A stretch of 64,000 nucleotides of DNA from Eledone cirrhosa. Taxonomy: Eukaryota. The stretch is taken from the NCBI GenBank assembly GCA_964016885.1, contig OZ024742.1, positions 248,682,001-248,746,000 on the forward strand, read 5' to 3'. Every line of letters begins with the position of its first letter. Position 1 is the stretch's first letter. The position numbers and the translations under genes are program-made. Positions 30,960 to 44,321 of the stretch are shown here, one piece after another. Below the pieces are notes generated by a model, which saw only the letters and a list, made by a program, of their open reading frames with translations, was not told the origin of the DNA and did not search any database.

Positions 30960-32380
30960 TGTATTCGTAGCTTATATTGTAAGAATGGAGGAGCAGATGG
31001 ATATATGCTACGTTAATGGGTTGATAAAATAATTTAAATTTAAGTGGCCTTTAAGATTGGGTTATTAAGGTATTACTAATTTACTATCGTTAAGAAGTGT
31101 TCTTTAGATTAATTAAAATTCATTGGAACAGAAAGACATCTATTTTTATAATAATTATTATTTTAGAAATTTTGCGTGAGAAACTGTTAAAGATGCGAGG
31201 AGATCTATGAATTAAATCTAGTCAATGTTTTAGTTAAATTTTTTAAGTAACATTTTCCGTTATTAAACTTTAGTTAGCAACGTTTCAATTAGTTACAATT
31301 TAGTGGGAATTGGGGAGTTTTTATCATTCTAGTAATTAGTGTATTAGAGTTTTGAAGTTATAAACTGTTTAAGAGGTGGGGAGATGTATAGATTAGAACT
31401 ACGAAAGTTTCAGTTAAATTGTATTATTAATATGTTGCAATATATGGTTAAAGTTTTGTGAGCCACATAAATTTAATATTTAGTATAATAGAAAGATTGG
31501 GCACTTTTATGTGAGCAGGCAAAAAGAATCTCAGATATTCTGTTTAGGATATGGAAGTTAGACTTTAAAATAGAGAGGTATTCCAATGGCACAAATTACC
31601 CCTTCGTGTTCCAAGTTGGTATGCTTGGGCAAATTTAAGAATTTTCCAATTTATGGAAAATTCTATATTGGCCTATTATACGTCCCATATATACCGATCT
31701 AATGAGGTTGAACTACTTCGCTTTTTCTCCCTAAAAGAGTGACGATGCACACAATCTCTAGATTTAAAGCTATATGTTCCTTGTCATTATTATAAGTTGA
31801 TAGATTGCATTGGTTAACCTAAATTTTCAGTTAGACAATTAACGTTAAATGGGCAGGTAGAAGTTAGTTTCAGTTCCTGTTAAATATTAGATTGCTATTA
31901 AGGTTAGAACTTTAAGATGTATCATTGAGTGGAAGGTACGATTATTGTTGTTTGGACGATCTCTTACTTCTATATTACATTGGTTTGTATTATCATAAAA
32001 CATAATATCTTATTTTCTTATTTTCATGTTAGGCCTAGACATAGAACAGTTGGCTAGATTAAGAGTAGTAACGTAAGATTTTTTTCGGTATTCTTATTTT
32101 TTATTATATAGCAACGGTGGGTTGGAGAGAAGTTTTTCGCTAGGATCTTAAAACAATAGATCTGGTATATTAGAAATTGTGAGCATACTAAATGGAAGGT
32201 TAAACCACGTAATGGGAGTAGATTAAATGTTATCTAGCACACTCTAACCTGGCTTAATTCCAAGCTGGTTATCGTTAAAAATGTTAAGCTTCAATCTACT
32301 TTTCCTTGTATAAACATTTAACTGAGAATTTAGTTAATTTAGTTCAGGCCGATTCAGGGTGTGTACGTTGTGACGGCCAT
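30960..32380 (+). mobile_element. Decayed Penelope-like RT remnant (GIPMGTN type)
   Basis: AGAGGTATTCCAATGGCACAAATTAC at about 31574-31599 reads RGIPM(G)TNY; a degenerate YIDD-like segment lies near 31685 and LDLK near 31758. Confidence 0.5.
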
Positions 32381-32444
32381 TACAGTTATTACTGTTACAG
32401 TTATTATTCACATAATTTGTTTGCTCTGTTACTGTTATTATTTC

Positions 32445-32632
32445 TGGATTGGCAGTATCGGTAGAGGGTCGGACGCCATGCTTTCCAGCATAGTTACGTC
32501 CCTTTACGATCTGAGTTCAAATCCCGCCGAGATTGAATTTGCCTTTCATCCTTACGGGGTCGATAAAAATAAAGTACCAGTAATGCACTGGTTAATTGCT
32601 GGCCTTGTGCCTAAAGTAAAAACAATTATTTA
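32445..32632 (+). mobile_element. Meta-domain SINE
   Basis: Near-identical to 14678-14866. Confidence 0.85.
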
Positions 32633-32646
32633 TTTTACACTTTGAA

Positions 32647-32840
32647 GGCGGTGGATTGGAAGTATCGGCAGAAGGTATGACCGCATGCTTTGCAGCATAG
32701 AGATACGGCTCTTTACGATCTGAATTCAAATCCAGCCGAAGTTAACTTTGCCTTTCATCCTTACGGGGTCGATGAAATAAAGTACCAATAATTCAATGGA
32801 ATAATTGCTAGCCTAGTGCCAAAAGGCGAAACAATTATTT
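32647..32840 (+). mobile_element. Meta-domain SINE (second of a tandem pair)
   Basis: GGCGGTGGATTGGAAGTATCGGCAG...GAATTCAAATCC...CTTTGCCTTTCATCCTTACGGGGTCGATGAAATAAAGTACC. Confidence 0.8.
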
Positions 32841-32849
32841 CTTTTACAC

Positions 32850-33350
32850 TTGCTGTTCCCATAGTTTGTGTACTCTGCTTTGCCGCTATTTTGTATGGGT
32901 TTCTGGTTAGCTTGAGCTGTCCTGTATAATAGCGAATATTTGTTTGATTTAAGTGTATTTTTTTTGTTCAACCTTGGTCTATGTAGTGTCATATTATGCG
33001 AGATAATGTTGTTATAGTTTATGCAGACTACTTGGTGGCTTATCCTTATACACAACTGTATCATTATAAGCAGATCTGTGTAGTGCTTCATTGTAATATT
33101 GAGAGCTCTGATCAAAGCCGTCTTGGTTAAAGAAGAGTCTAGAAATGCGATTAGATACTGTGTAAAAAATAGATTGTTCTTCTATGGATGGATTGATAAT
33201 GAACGTAGAATAGGAGTACGGCAGCGTTTTGTAAAGGTTTGTATAGACCACACTCTAGGTTTAAGTTTACTTCTAGAAAGTTCACTACACTATTATTAGT
33301 GTCGAAATATATTATAATTTTATACTCCTTAAACAATCTCTGCAAAAGTG
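32850..33350 (-). mobile_element. Penelope-like element fragment (RT thumb/linker)
   Basis: DTNNSVVNFLEVNLNL..YKP..YVHYQSIH and SNRISRL..YYNEALHRSAY in adjacent frames. Confidence 0.7.
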
Positions 33351-33496
33351 TTTATTCAGCTCAAGGTTTCTAAATTGCTCTTCTAATAGTGAAGCTATTT
33401 GCAGTATAGCAATATAAGGTTGCACTTACCAATGAAACGGTCGTAAATACCAGGATAAAATCCTTCTCTTAATGCTTACCGGTGTTTTCTCTTTTA

Positions 33497-33541
<45 letters not shown>

Positions 33542-34037
33542 CATATATATATATATATGTGTGTGTGTATATATATGTTGCTTAAACCATTTTGTTTGTT
33601 TACCCTAGCGTCCCCTTTATTTACGTGTCCCAACGACTTTTTTTAGCCGTTGCTCGCACCAACCTGAGGTATATGGTCTTTAAAGTGATGAAATGCCTAT
33701 GACGGTTGGAAGACCACTGATGAAGGACAACCTTTTTCATATGTAACCCATTTGCAACGCCGCAGCTCCATTATTATCATATATGTATATATATATACAC
33801 AGATATGTAATCGGTGCTTTCGAGAAAGCAACATCAAATATCCAGCCAGGAGCATATAAATGAATCAAAACAACTGAAGTCATTTTTAATTATTTTACAT
33901 GATTTTGTGTTTATTCAGTTCAACTTGTAGCTGTATGCCAAGGTATATAACCTTTGCATAAGGGCTAACAATGAAATATGTATGACAGCAATTACGATTA
34001 AATTAAGAGAATTCTAAATTGTTGATTGTACTTCATG

Positions 34038-34142
<105 letters not shown>

Positions 34143-34252
34143 TCTGTTGTAAATTGGAGTACTAAATGCGCGAGCAGATGCATAATGTGTTCAGTGGTAT
34201 AGGTATAATAGCGACTGCGGTAGGATAAAACCAATCTCTATAGGTGTTTATA

Positions 34253-34360
34253 TAATTGTTTCTACTTTAGGCACAAGGCCAGCAATTACCCAGTACATTA
34301 CTGGTACTTTATTTTATCGACCCCGTAAGGATGAAAGGCAAAGTTAACCTCGGCGGGATT
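34253..34360 (-). mobile_element. Partial Meta-domain SINE
   Basis: Reverse complement of the SINE core and tail (ATCCCGCCGAGGTTAACTTTGCCTTTCATCC...). Confidence 0.8.
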
Positions 34361-34678
34361 AAATACCATTTAATATATACGTTTCTCTATGTGAGTACAT
34401 TAATTTTCCACTTGAGTACAGTAAACGGATATGCAACAGATAATAAACTTGCACTGAATAACGAACTCTAAACAGTCATAATAAAAGAACACATCATATA
34501 TATATTCGTATATATATATATAAACATATATATAAATATATAAGTAGAAGGGGGATTTAATTTGTTGGAAGTCCGACAAATAAAAATGTTTATAACTGAT
34601 TTAGAGCACTCAACTGTATACTAGAGTAAATATTTAATGATATTAAATAAAAGGAAACTATATTTATAAAAGCATATT

Positions 34679-34749
<71 letters not shown>

Positions 34750-34967
34750 AAGTATGTATGTATACGTACATATATATATGTATACAGACGTACAGTAGTA
34801 TGTATATATATACATACATGCACACATATATATATATGCACGTATCGGTTTACCGAACATTTATTATAATGCTCGGTTTGTTTGTTTGTAAACAAACAAA
34901 CAGCCCGAATTACGCCGTACAGTGTTTAGGAAACCACGTCACCTTTTTGTTCAGCATTGACACAGGA

Positions 34968-35010
34968 ACGATGTACTAGTTTCAAGCTTATTTGATATCG
35001 TCAGCATCGT
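34968..35010 (-). ncRNA. Minimal type I hammerhead ribozyme
   Basis: ACGATG CTGACGA TATCAAATAAGCTT GAAA CTAG TA CATCGT: 6-bp stem I, palindromic stem III, stem II mutated. Confidence 0.7.
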
Positions 35011-35329
35011 ATACCTTCCTGCCAAATGGTTGAACGTCTGAAAGTATATACTTTCCTTATGCATATTAACGGCTGAGCAGCCTAATTTGCATATCGAGTA
35101 AGTTCAGTCGGCCGGGCGCACCGAAAACGATAAATGGAATAGAATGAAACGAAATTTCATTTCTCACTCTTAGTACGGCACTTACTTAAATGTAAGTATG
35201 TATGTATACGTACATACGGTGCGCCCGGCCGACTGAATTCACTCGATATGTAAATTAGGCCACTCAGCCGTTAATATGCTTAAGGAAAGTATATACTTTC
35301 AGACGTTCAACCATTTGGCAGGAAGGTAT

Positions 35330-35372
35330 ACGATGCTGACGATAGCTAATAATCTTGAAACTAGTACATCGT
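35330..35372 (+). ncRNA. Minimal type I hammerhead ribozyme (mirror copy)
   Basis: ACGATG CTGACGA TAGCTAATAATCTT GAAA CTAG TA CATCGT. The consensus of both copies gives stem II AGCU-aaua-AGCU. Confidence 0.7.
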
Positions 35373-35654
35373 TCCTGTGTCAGTGTTGAACAAAAAGGTG
35401 ACGTGGTTGCCTAAACACTGTACGGCGTAATTAGGGCTGTTTGTTTCTTTACAAACAAACAAACCGAGCATTTTAATAAATGTTCGGTAAACCGATACGT
35501 GCATATATATATGTGTGCATGTATGTATATATATACATACTATTGTACGTCAGTATACATATGTGCGTATACATACATACATATTTACATTTAAGTAAGT
35601 GCCGTACTAAGAGTGAGAAATGAAATTTCGTTTCATTCTATTCTATTTATATAT

Positions 35655-36277
35655 ATATATATGAAAATATGGGTGAGAAGAATACTGCTGATTGCACATG
35701 GATAAAATGTTATAAAATGAGTCCCTCATCAGTGATTTACCAAACGATCATGGGTATTTCATCGCATTAAAAATCATATACCTCACGTTGGAGCGATAAT
35801 AACTAAAATAAGTTATTAGGACAATAGAAACGCGTAAAGCGAGTGAGACAAGTAAACAGCACAGGGGGAAGCTAACCGAAGATGGAAATAAACATAAGCA
35901 ACATAGTTATTCTTTCAGCATAAGCTGTGTGAATATATGAGCGAGTCAGAAAACAGACCTTTCGCTAGTGAATCCGGTGTTAGAAAGAATGAAAACCGTT
36001 TTCCCAGCGAACGGGAGGAAGAAAGAAGGGGAGAAACAGGGACTGAGTGAGTGGGAGTGCGAGGAAGAGGTCAGTAAAGAGAAAGAGTTAACTGACATGG
36101 TAGAGGGGACGAAAGAAAGTAAGCGAAACAGAGAGAACGAGGGAGCAGTAAGAGAGAAAGAGAGAAACACAGAATTGCAGTTTGGGTAAATATATGAAAA
36201 TATGGGTGAGAAGAATACTGCTGGTTGCACATGGATAACATGTTATAAAATGAGTCCCTCATCAGTGATTTACCAAA
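35655..36277 (-). repeat. 533-bp unit with an ~85-bp terminal direct repeat containing CTGATGA
   Basis: 35661-35745 is repeated at 36194-36277. Another copy in opposite orientation lies at about 55900-56340, and a diverged relative at about 33590-33780. Confidence 0.7.
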
Positions 36278-36367
36278 AACAGATTAAAGTTCAAGTAAAA
36301 AATCACCCTCTTTGGATTTTAGTCTTCACATTTGTTATAATTACAATATATATATATAAACAGTATA

Positions 36368-36675
36368 GACCACTTTCGGTCTCGAATGACCATGGGATTA
36401 GCACATGGAAAGTTCCCCTCCGAGGCACACGTCCGGTCAAGATTGTTTGTGGTAAACCAGCAGTCGCCCATGCCACCGATGTTTTCTAAGGGAAAAACAA
36501 TGGCTGGTACAGCTTGACACTAGTGACGGCGTAACTCATTTCTGCAGCTGAGTAAATTGGAGCAATTTGAAAATAATGTGTCTTGCCCAAGCACACAACG
36601 CATCAACCGCTACGAGAATCAAACTCACAACCTCCTGATTTCAGGCTCAATGCTTTATCTACTAAGCCGCGTGCC

Positions 36676-36680
<5 letters not shown>
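36368..36680 (-). mobile_element. tRNA-derived SINE, second family
   Basis: Minus-strand head GTGAAGGCACGCGGCTTAGT..GAGTTTGATTCTC and TTGGGCAAGACAC. Paralog at 56695-57022; head fragment (+) at about 46231-46365. Confidence 0.7.
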
Positions 36681-36722
<42 letters not shown>

Positions 36723-37006
36723 GCGCGCACATATATATATATACATATATATGTGTGTGTGGAGTTAGTTAGTTCCACAACAAATTAGTAAACCATACTT
36801 GAGGACTCGTGTCCTCATGTATGGTTTGTTATTTTGTTGTGGAACTAACTACATAACGAACTCGTCCTCTGGACTGTGTATTCTACATGCTAAGGATATA
36901 ACCCCCCCCCCGTTTTTTTTTACCTATCTCTCTCTCTGTCTGTCTCTCTCTCTCTCTCACTCTCTCTCCCTCTCTCTCTCTCTCTCTATCTCTATCTATC
37001 TCTCTT

Positions 37007-37041
<35 letters not shown>

Positions 37042-37043
37042 CC

Positions 37044-37135
<92 letters not shown>

Positions 37136-37158
37136 GTGTGTGTGTATGTATATATACA

Positions 37159-37220
<62 letters not shown>

Positions 37221-37264
37221 AATAACAGAAGGCAGGACTGGTGTAAATCCTTGAAAGGTATATT

Positions 37265-37322
37265 ATGCTATGATCATTTCAATGACCGGGTTCCATATGA
37301 ATCCGGTGATATCATCAGGTAT
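37265..37322 (-). ncRNA. Minimal type I hammerhead ribozyme
   Basis: ATAC CTGATGA TATCACCGGATTC atat GGAACCCGGTCATT GAAA TGATCA TA GCAT, with palindromic stem III and an ACCGG/CCGGT stem II. Confidence 0.65.
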
Positions 37323-38019
37323 TCGAAATATAACAAAGGAATATGTAAAAACCAAGAGTCCGAAAAAAACAGCGACAGAGAGGACGACTGACCAACTAGC
37401 TGGCTTCACCTCGGCCAGTCGCCCTCAAAGTGATGAATACTCGATCTGCTAATGACCATCTGGTGAGGGGGCGAAGGCTAATAATGTACTACCACCTCTC
37501 CGTCAAAGAATAAAAAAGGGGAAGGAAGAAAGAAAGAAAGAAGAAAAAAGAAAGAAGTCAGCGTAAGGGTCACACTACAGTCAAGCTAGAAAACGCCCCG
37601 AAAAATGTTATTCCAAAAATCTATATTTTAACAAAGGCATATATAATGGGTGTCTGTATGGTCAAATATGTGAACAGAAAATTGGAAGGTTAAACTTATG
37701 TTACGAGTTATAGGATGAAATTAAATTAAAAGATAATAAATTGAAAATTGGAAAATAAATAAAAAATTATTTAATGAACTTACAATAAAAATAAAATAAG
37801 ATAAACCAAGCACCACTAAAAATTCCAGCTTGAGGGAGAATCAAATTAGATTCTTGCAATACTTAAGGGACAATTTTCTTAGAAGTACCTTTTGATTCTT
37901 TCTCCCTCACATCAGTTCCCGTAGCACTGCACACCTCTGTCCTGCATTATTTAACATGTTTACTAGCTTTCCTTAATTTTGTATATACTTTTTTTACATT
38001 ATTTCTTATGTTCCATTTT

Positions 38020-38390
38020 TTGTTGTTGCAGTCTTAGTGGTGGTGTTGTTTGTATCAACGTCCATATTGTTGTTGTTGTTGTTTTTGTTGTAGTGGTGCT
38101 GTTCTTGGTGATGGTGGAGGCGGTGGTGGTGGTTGTTGTTGTTGTTGTTGTTCTTCTTCTTCTTCTTCTTCTTCTTCTTCTTCTTCTTCTTCTTCTTCTT
38201 CTTCTTCTTCTCCACCTTGTTCTTATTTCCCTCCTCCACCTCCTCCTCCTTCTTCTTCTACTTCTTCTTCTTCTTCCCCGCCCCCTCCTCATCCTCCGCC
38301 TCCTCATTCTCCTCATCCTCCTTATCCTCATCCTCCTCATCCTCCTTATCCTCATCCTCATCCTTCTCCGCCTCCTTCTTCGCCTTGTTC
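38020..38390. repeat. Compound trinucleotide microsatellite (GTT/GGT/CTT/CCT)
   Basis: Directly visible tandem triplets. Confidence 0.95.
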
Positions 38391-39176
38391 GTTGTAGGTC
38401 GATTGAGACATAAATAAATAAATAGCTATCTCTGTACATTTGGTTGTGAGTACGTGAGCGTGTGTGCTTAGGTACGACTGCATTTGTATATATTTAGTCA
38501 GCCCGATGAAGTTGATCATAGTCGAAACATTAAAATTACTGTCACCGGGTGATTTACGTAAATTCTATCCTCTAATTATATGACAAATATTTATCATGTG
38601 TATTTTTTGCTTCTCTTAATGTTTGCACGATTATATATAAAACCCTACACACACAAACGCCACAACCACACAATCGTTACTCCACCATTACACCACCACT
38701 TTATTCCAGCAATACATCACTACAAAAAAACTATATCCCCATACCAGTTCAGTAAAGCATCACTACGCGCCCATTCCACCACCAGCCCAACACCACCACC
38801 ATTACACCACCAACATCACTATATTGCCAACCACCAACACTACATTACCACCACCACCACCACGCCACTTCAACAATGTATGACTACAGCAATGCACCAC
38901 ATCAACTAGAGAACACCACCAACCCATTACCAGGAATGTCAGACTGGTACAAACCGATCAACGAATGACGATGCATGCAGAGTATACTTCGCTCCGTTGA
39001 ATTCCATGGCTTACAAACAGCATATTGTAAAAAAGCAGACATTACCCATGTTTCTTTCATGTGTTGCCAGCTATTCTTGTAAGCAGATCTTGTGGCACCT
39101 TCCTATAAACCAAACTAAAATCATATTTTGCATATTTTGTATATAAACATGTATACATGTTTATATGTATGTATGT

Positions 39177-39213
<37 letters not shown>

Positions 39214-39330
39214 TGTATGTATGTATGTATGTATGTATGTATGTATGTATGTATGCATGCATGTATGAATGTATGAATGTATGTATGCATGTATGAATGT
39301 ATGTATGCATGTATATACATATACATACAT

Positions 39331-39935
39331 GGTGGCTGCCAACTCGTTTCGAGTACAGTCACTACTTTATATCCATGTAGGAGAACCCCTACCGATGCGC
39401 TGAACGTGTGTGACTTTTTAATCCAGCCAGCGACTTGAAAGCTCTGGTACAAACACTACACTTGTGACAATTATTGACACAATGCTGGGCTCATGGTACC
39501 ATGTGACGACAAGTGCAGAGAGATCTGCAGATATAAAGCAATGCCTGTGCCGTGAAGCTTTTATAGTGAGCAAAGGCACTGCACAAAGCCAGTCCCACTC
39601 TCTTAACCAAGATGGTATTTACCAAAAAGAAGAACAAGTCAACATCATTGGATACCATCAGGTTTGCAGGTGTTATATCAGAGTTTTCCTTCTCCTACAA
39701 TTCTGCCTTGACAAAGGCTAAGGGGTCATCTCTCCCGCTGATTTTGGATGGCCATTGACTCTTAAACGCTCCTTTGCCCTATTACAGGTTTTGATTTTAG
39801 TACTGCAGGATGTCCAAAGTCACCCTCCTCACCAAGAAACCTTGGTGTGGTTGCCAGTTTAGTCGCCAACGACCCGACCAGGAGACAGGTTGTACTGGGA
39901 TACATGTTACCAGTAGCACCAACTGGTGACCTGAC
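39331..39935 (-). mobile_element. Bipartite RTE-derived non-autonomous element, full length
   Basis: Reverse-complement match to 45442-46048; flanked by (ATGT)n and (TACA)n. Confidence 0.85.
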
Positions 39936-40135
39936 ATACATACATACATACATACATGCATATAAGTATATATATATATATATATATATTGTTTCTCATA
40001 TGTCTGGGGACAGTTGCAATGAATATAGTAAAAGACAGAAGTATTAAATGATGAGATATATTTGAGGAAAAATTCGGAATGTATAATCTTGAGACTATGT
40101 TTTACGCAATTCAGAGATGTTATAGTGTTATGGGG

Positions 40136-40390
40136 TCATTGATTGACTTCCCTCTCGAATATGCTCCATACGTAGTAGTCCAACAGATTCAGGTCTGAGT
40201 TGATAGGCAACCATATGTTTTGGATGAAGGGATCCTGGAAATAAATTGTAACATCTATTCTTAGGGTCGTCTCCGCCTTATGAGATGATGCAGTGTTTCG
40301 GTGGTAGGAGTAAGGTCTTCTTATCCTCACGTTCTATATTCCAGGTCTGACAACTCTTTCCAACATATTCTTATAGTCAGGACCATTGAG
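40136..40390 (-). mobile_element. Tc1/mariner transposase fragment
   Basis: RRPYSYHRNTASSHKAETT...WLPINSDLNLLDYYVWSIFEREVN resembles the FQQDSAPSHKA...WPPNSPDLNPLDYYVW motif. Confidence 0.7.
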
Positions 40391-41349
40391 CCTTAAGCAC
40401 TGAGAAAAGAAAAGAGGAGGCATGTCTTCAGCTCACGATTCTCACAATTAAAACATTGCAAGACACTTTGTGTACGTGATGTTTGGGTGGTCTTTAGAGT
40501 CTCAGTATAACTATTATTAAAAGGTTTCTCCCCCTTTGTTACGACTTTGGGTGTTCTGGTGTTATTAGGAACCTTAGCAGGTGTTTTACGTTTGGCTACT
40601 GTTGTAGAATCCCACCACTTTGCAGACCTTGATAACAATCGACCGTGCAAATTTCAGGAATAGAAAAGTGACTAAACCACTATGTACTGCCGTTAACGTA
40701 ACGATCACAGCGTGTCTCTCCATTTCCTGGTTTAGCATGATATTTATGATCATTTATATAGTATTATTTATATAAATATATGCACATCTATCTATGTATA
40801 TATGTATATAACATATAGCAATACTGACCGAAGGGAAATATGTATGTAATATACAATACACGGTTCATAATTAATATATAATGAACCATTTGGCTTATAG
40901 TTTAGCCGCTTTTTAAATATCAGACATATATCCCTACCGTTTGAAAACTAGCGCCTTATTTCAGTGTTGCTTGGTGTCTTGTATATTACTTTGTCATTGA
41001 TAGCTTACACACTAACTCGCGCATCACATGTCATTAATATAACTCTCTGTGTTTTTCGGGATGATACAGCTTTTGAAAATCCCTGTCCTTTAAATCATAG
41101 ATACAGTTCATACGATGGCTTCCAAACAGTTTCTGTTTACTTATCTTTACTCATAAATCCTGGGCCTACCCACCTACTAAATGCTATTAGCCCAAGATGC
41201 CAGGTAGAGGAATCAGATTTTAGATATTTTTAATTGCGAATCAAGCCTTCTAACCAATATCCCACACTGCATCCCCACACCCTACGCCCACACAGACATA
41301 AATACCTAAGCAATCGTCACTACTTAGAAATTGAAACGTTACAATAAGT

Positions 41350-41565
41350 CGGTAAATTAACAGTATCGGGAAAGTGTCGGACAACATGTTTGCGGCATAA
41401 AGGTACGGCCATTTACGTTCTGTGTTCAAGCCCAGCTGAAGTAGGCTTTGCTTTTCATCCCTATGGGTGTTGATAAAATAAAGTACTGGTGGCGCACTGG
41501 GGTCGATTTATTAAACTTTCCATCTCCCCAAAATTGTTGGCATTGTACCTAAATCAGAAATCATT
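41350..41565 (+). mobile_element. Diverged Meta-domain SINE
   Basis: GTTCAAGCCC..CTTTGCTTTTCATCCCTATGGGTGTTGATAAAATAAAGTACTGG. Confidence 0.65.
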
Positions 41566-42844
41566 CTGTGATACAAAGTAGCGTGCATTAAAATATTCCG
41601 TGTTTAAGGAGACTTTGAATTTACTGCTCTACGCGGTTGTTATTTTAGCACACTCGGGGAGAATTTTGTCATTTATTTTACCGTCTTCAAGAAAATAGAA
41701 TGCTAATTCTAAATTATAAATTGAAGGAATTATTTGATCCAGAGTTTACGATTTAAGTTTGCCACCTTTGCTGGCACTGGTGCTGAAATGTGACGAGTCT
41801 TGAAACATACAGGTGAAATGGAGATAGGTGAATTGCTGGATAGGCAATTGCTGATCTTTAAAACAAACATTAACAAGTAAATTTGCTCTAGCTTGATAGG
41901 CAGGGATTTGTCATGGTTCAAACTGAAATATAAAATTCCTGGATTAATGAATGTCCCAAAGTGAGATATTACTTCTGGATCATTGGATCCGTAAAGAAGA
42001 AATTATTCCGGCTTATTGTAATTGAAAATAAGATTCTCAATACATACTACTTAATTTAATTTGCCGATCTGAGAGTGGGGTGCGGCCTAATTTGAAATCT
42101 GCTTGCTAGAGATGAATAACTGAGAGCTAAGAGTTATTTTAATCAGCTGTAGTAGAACAATTCCAATCATCCACCACCCACAGAACCTGAAATAAATCAA
42201 TTATTGTTATTCATGTTATTATTATTGTTATTATTAAGAAATCATTATTATTGTTATTATTGCCATTGATATTATTATTATTACTATTGAGAGATTTACT
42301 CGAGCACTTGACGGGCATAAACAGTGTTTTAGAAGTTGAATATGTTCCAAGCCCGGGGCTAATTACACACAATTGAAATGCATTCCATGAAAGTGAATTG
42401 TACATGAGCCAGTTTCTCTTTCTCTCTTTCTCTCTCCCTCTTTCTTACCCCCTCTCTCTTTCTCTCTCTCTCTGTATATATATGTATATATGTGTGTGTG
42501 TCTGTACGGGTATATATGTATATGCCAATATATCTATAAATGTCCACAGACACACATATATAAATAGACATATATGTGAGGGCGTGAATGTTTGTTTGTG
42601 TGTGTGTTTGTGTGTGTGGTATTTATGAGTGTGAGTGTGAGTGTGTGTGTGTGGAGCATTGTGACCGTATTGGCTGTCACCGCACGCCGTGGTATTTCTA
42701 CAACCTGGTTAAACCCTAAGTCACCACGCCATGCTGCAAAAGTGGCAACTATATATACATGAAACCATCAAATGCAACACATATAGCAAGATGAGGTAGC
42801 CCTATAAACCCTCTGAGATCGTGTTATTTGTGTATATATATGTA

Positions 42845-42900
<56 letters not shown>

Positions 42901-42903
<3 letters not shown>

Positions 42904-43749
42904 TAGCTGAGGTACCCGGTAATACCCGGTAGCGGGGTTATTTCCAATTCCCATTAAAATGCCCAATGCCTCTCAGACCAAAAATGATAACAAAATATAG
43001 GACAGATAATTATAGATAGATAGATTGATATACACAAATAACATTATAATCAAAAGCAAAGACAAATTCATTTGCGAAACAATAATACAAAAAAATATTG
43101 TTGATTGCATTGGGCAGGCTAAAAAATGTTTGTCAGAGAAGTTGAGTGTTGCTATAAGGGAAAAATAGAACCCCCATTATGGTGTCTTAATATTATTGAA
43201 ATTTGCTGAAATTTTGTGAATAGGCATCATATCTTGCAATTTAGCTATTTAAATTTCATATAAATCGAAGAGAAAAAATTTCAGCGGGGTTTCGTGCCCC
43301 CGGGGTCCTTTTATAAAGATGAAATACACTTATCCAAGTACCCTGGGCTATGTAGTTTCAGAATATATATGGTTATGGAGGTCTATCTCCAAAACTATAG
43401 GAGGAGTTCGTGAAATCTTATTCATTTTATTGACCAACATTTTGTCTATAGGGGGTTTAACCGCCATTAGGGTATCTTATTATTTTGGGAATTTGCTGAA
43501 ATTTTGCGAATAGGCATCATATCTTGTCATTTACCTATGGTTTAAATTTCATATAAATCGAAGGGAAAAAAATTAAGCGGGGCTTTTCAGCAGGGGTTTG
43601 AACCTCTGGGGAACCCTTTGATTAAAATGAAATATACGTATGAAATCAAATGGGCATGATCCCCACACACGTGTCAAGTTTCATCAAGATCGGTTTGGTA
43701 GTATTTGAGTTTTATGTTCACAAAAAAAAAACAGATAAAAATTGACATT

Positions 43750-43755
<6 letters not shown>
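42901..43755 (+). mobile_element. Non-autonomous Helitron/Helentron-like (Lep1/DINE-1-type) element with internal duplication
   Basis: Starts TACTAGCTGAGGTACCCGG; 3' part GTGTCAAGTTTCATCAAGATCGGTTTGGTAGT...CATTTATGTATAT. About 43181-43330 is repeated at about 43470-43640. Inserted in (TA)n. Confidence 0.55.
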
Positions 43756-43814
<59 letters not shown>

Positions 43815-44171
43815 ATGTGTGTGTGCGTGCGCGCGTGTGTGTGTGTGTGTATGAGTGTGTGTGTGTGTGTTAGTGTGTGTGTGTACATATATATATATAG
43901 ATATATTTAATCAATAACAGAGATAGTTTAAAGCTAAACTCTGACTGGTATCCATCTCACTCATATATATATATACCAATAATTTTTCTGCATATGCTGA
44001 TACACTAACTTCGATTCTACTTACGCTATTTAAACTCAGCTGCCTTATTTCTGGAATGCAACACAATACGAAAGAGACATCGTAAGAGCATCGAGTGTTC
44101 CGTCCGGCGCGCCGCCTGCAGCTAGTTATACGCACCTACATAGCATATACGTATAATATATATATGCATAT

Positions 44172-44277
44172 ATGTTACTGATGAATGAAGACGGACATAA
44201 GTATCAAGCTCTTCAAGAAACCACTGGTAAATGAATTAATTATTTTATGTTGTTTATTACATAATTATATAAATATA

Positions 44278-44321
<44 letters not shown>

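Larger units (their letters stand above)
34747..35650. mobile_element. Retrozyme-like 444-bp unit: about 1.06 tandem copies (-) joined head-to-head to about 1 copy (+)
   Basis: 26-bp direct repeat 34747-34772 = 35191-35216. 35217-35580 is the reverse complement of about 34750-35123, and about 35585-35650 of about 35130-35195. Each arm has an HHR. Confidence 0.75.

Noticed and set aside
33684-33725. Box C/D snoRNA or SECIS (GTGATGA...CTGA; ATGA..AA..GA)
   Set aside because: Spacing and helix length are too short, and box C is not conserved in the paralogs.
37380-37492. HDV-like ribozyme candidate (TAGCT/GGCTA, GGC/GCC, CGAA)
   Set aside because: No P1.1 GG after P1. It is better explained as a simple hairpin, GAGGACGACTGACC/GGCCAGTCGCCCTC.
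40393-40650. gag-like zinc knuckle (CFNC)
   Set aside because: The CCHC is incomplete and there are no other LTR-element features.
41600-42200. Unique, coding-looking segment
   Set aside because: Stops in the frames examined and no recognisable motif; could not assign.
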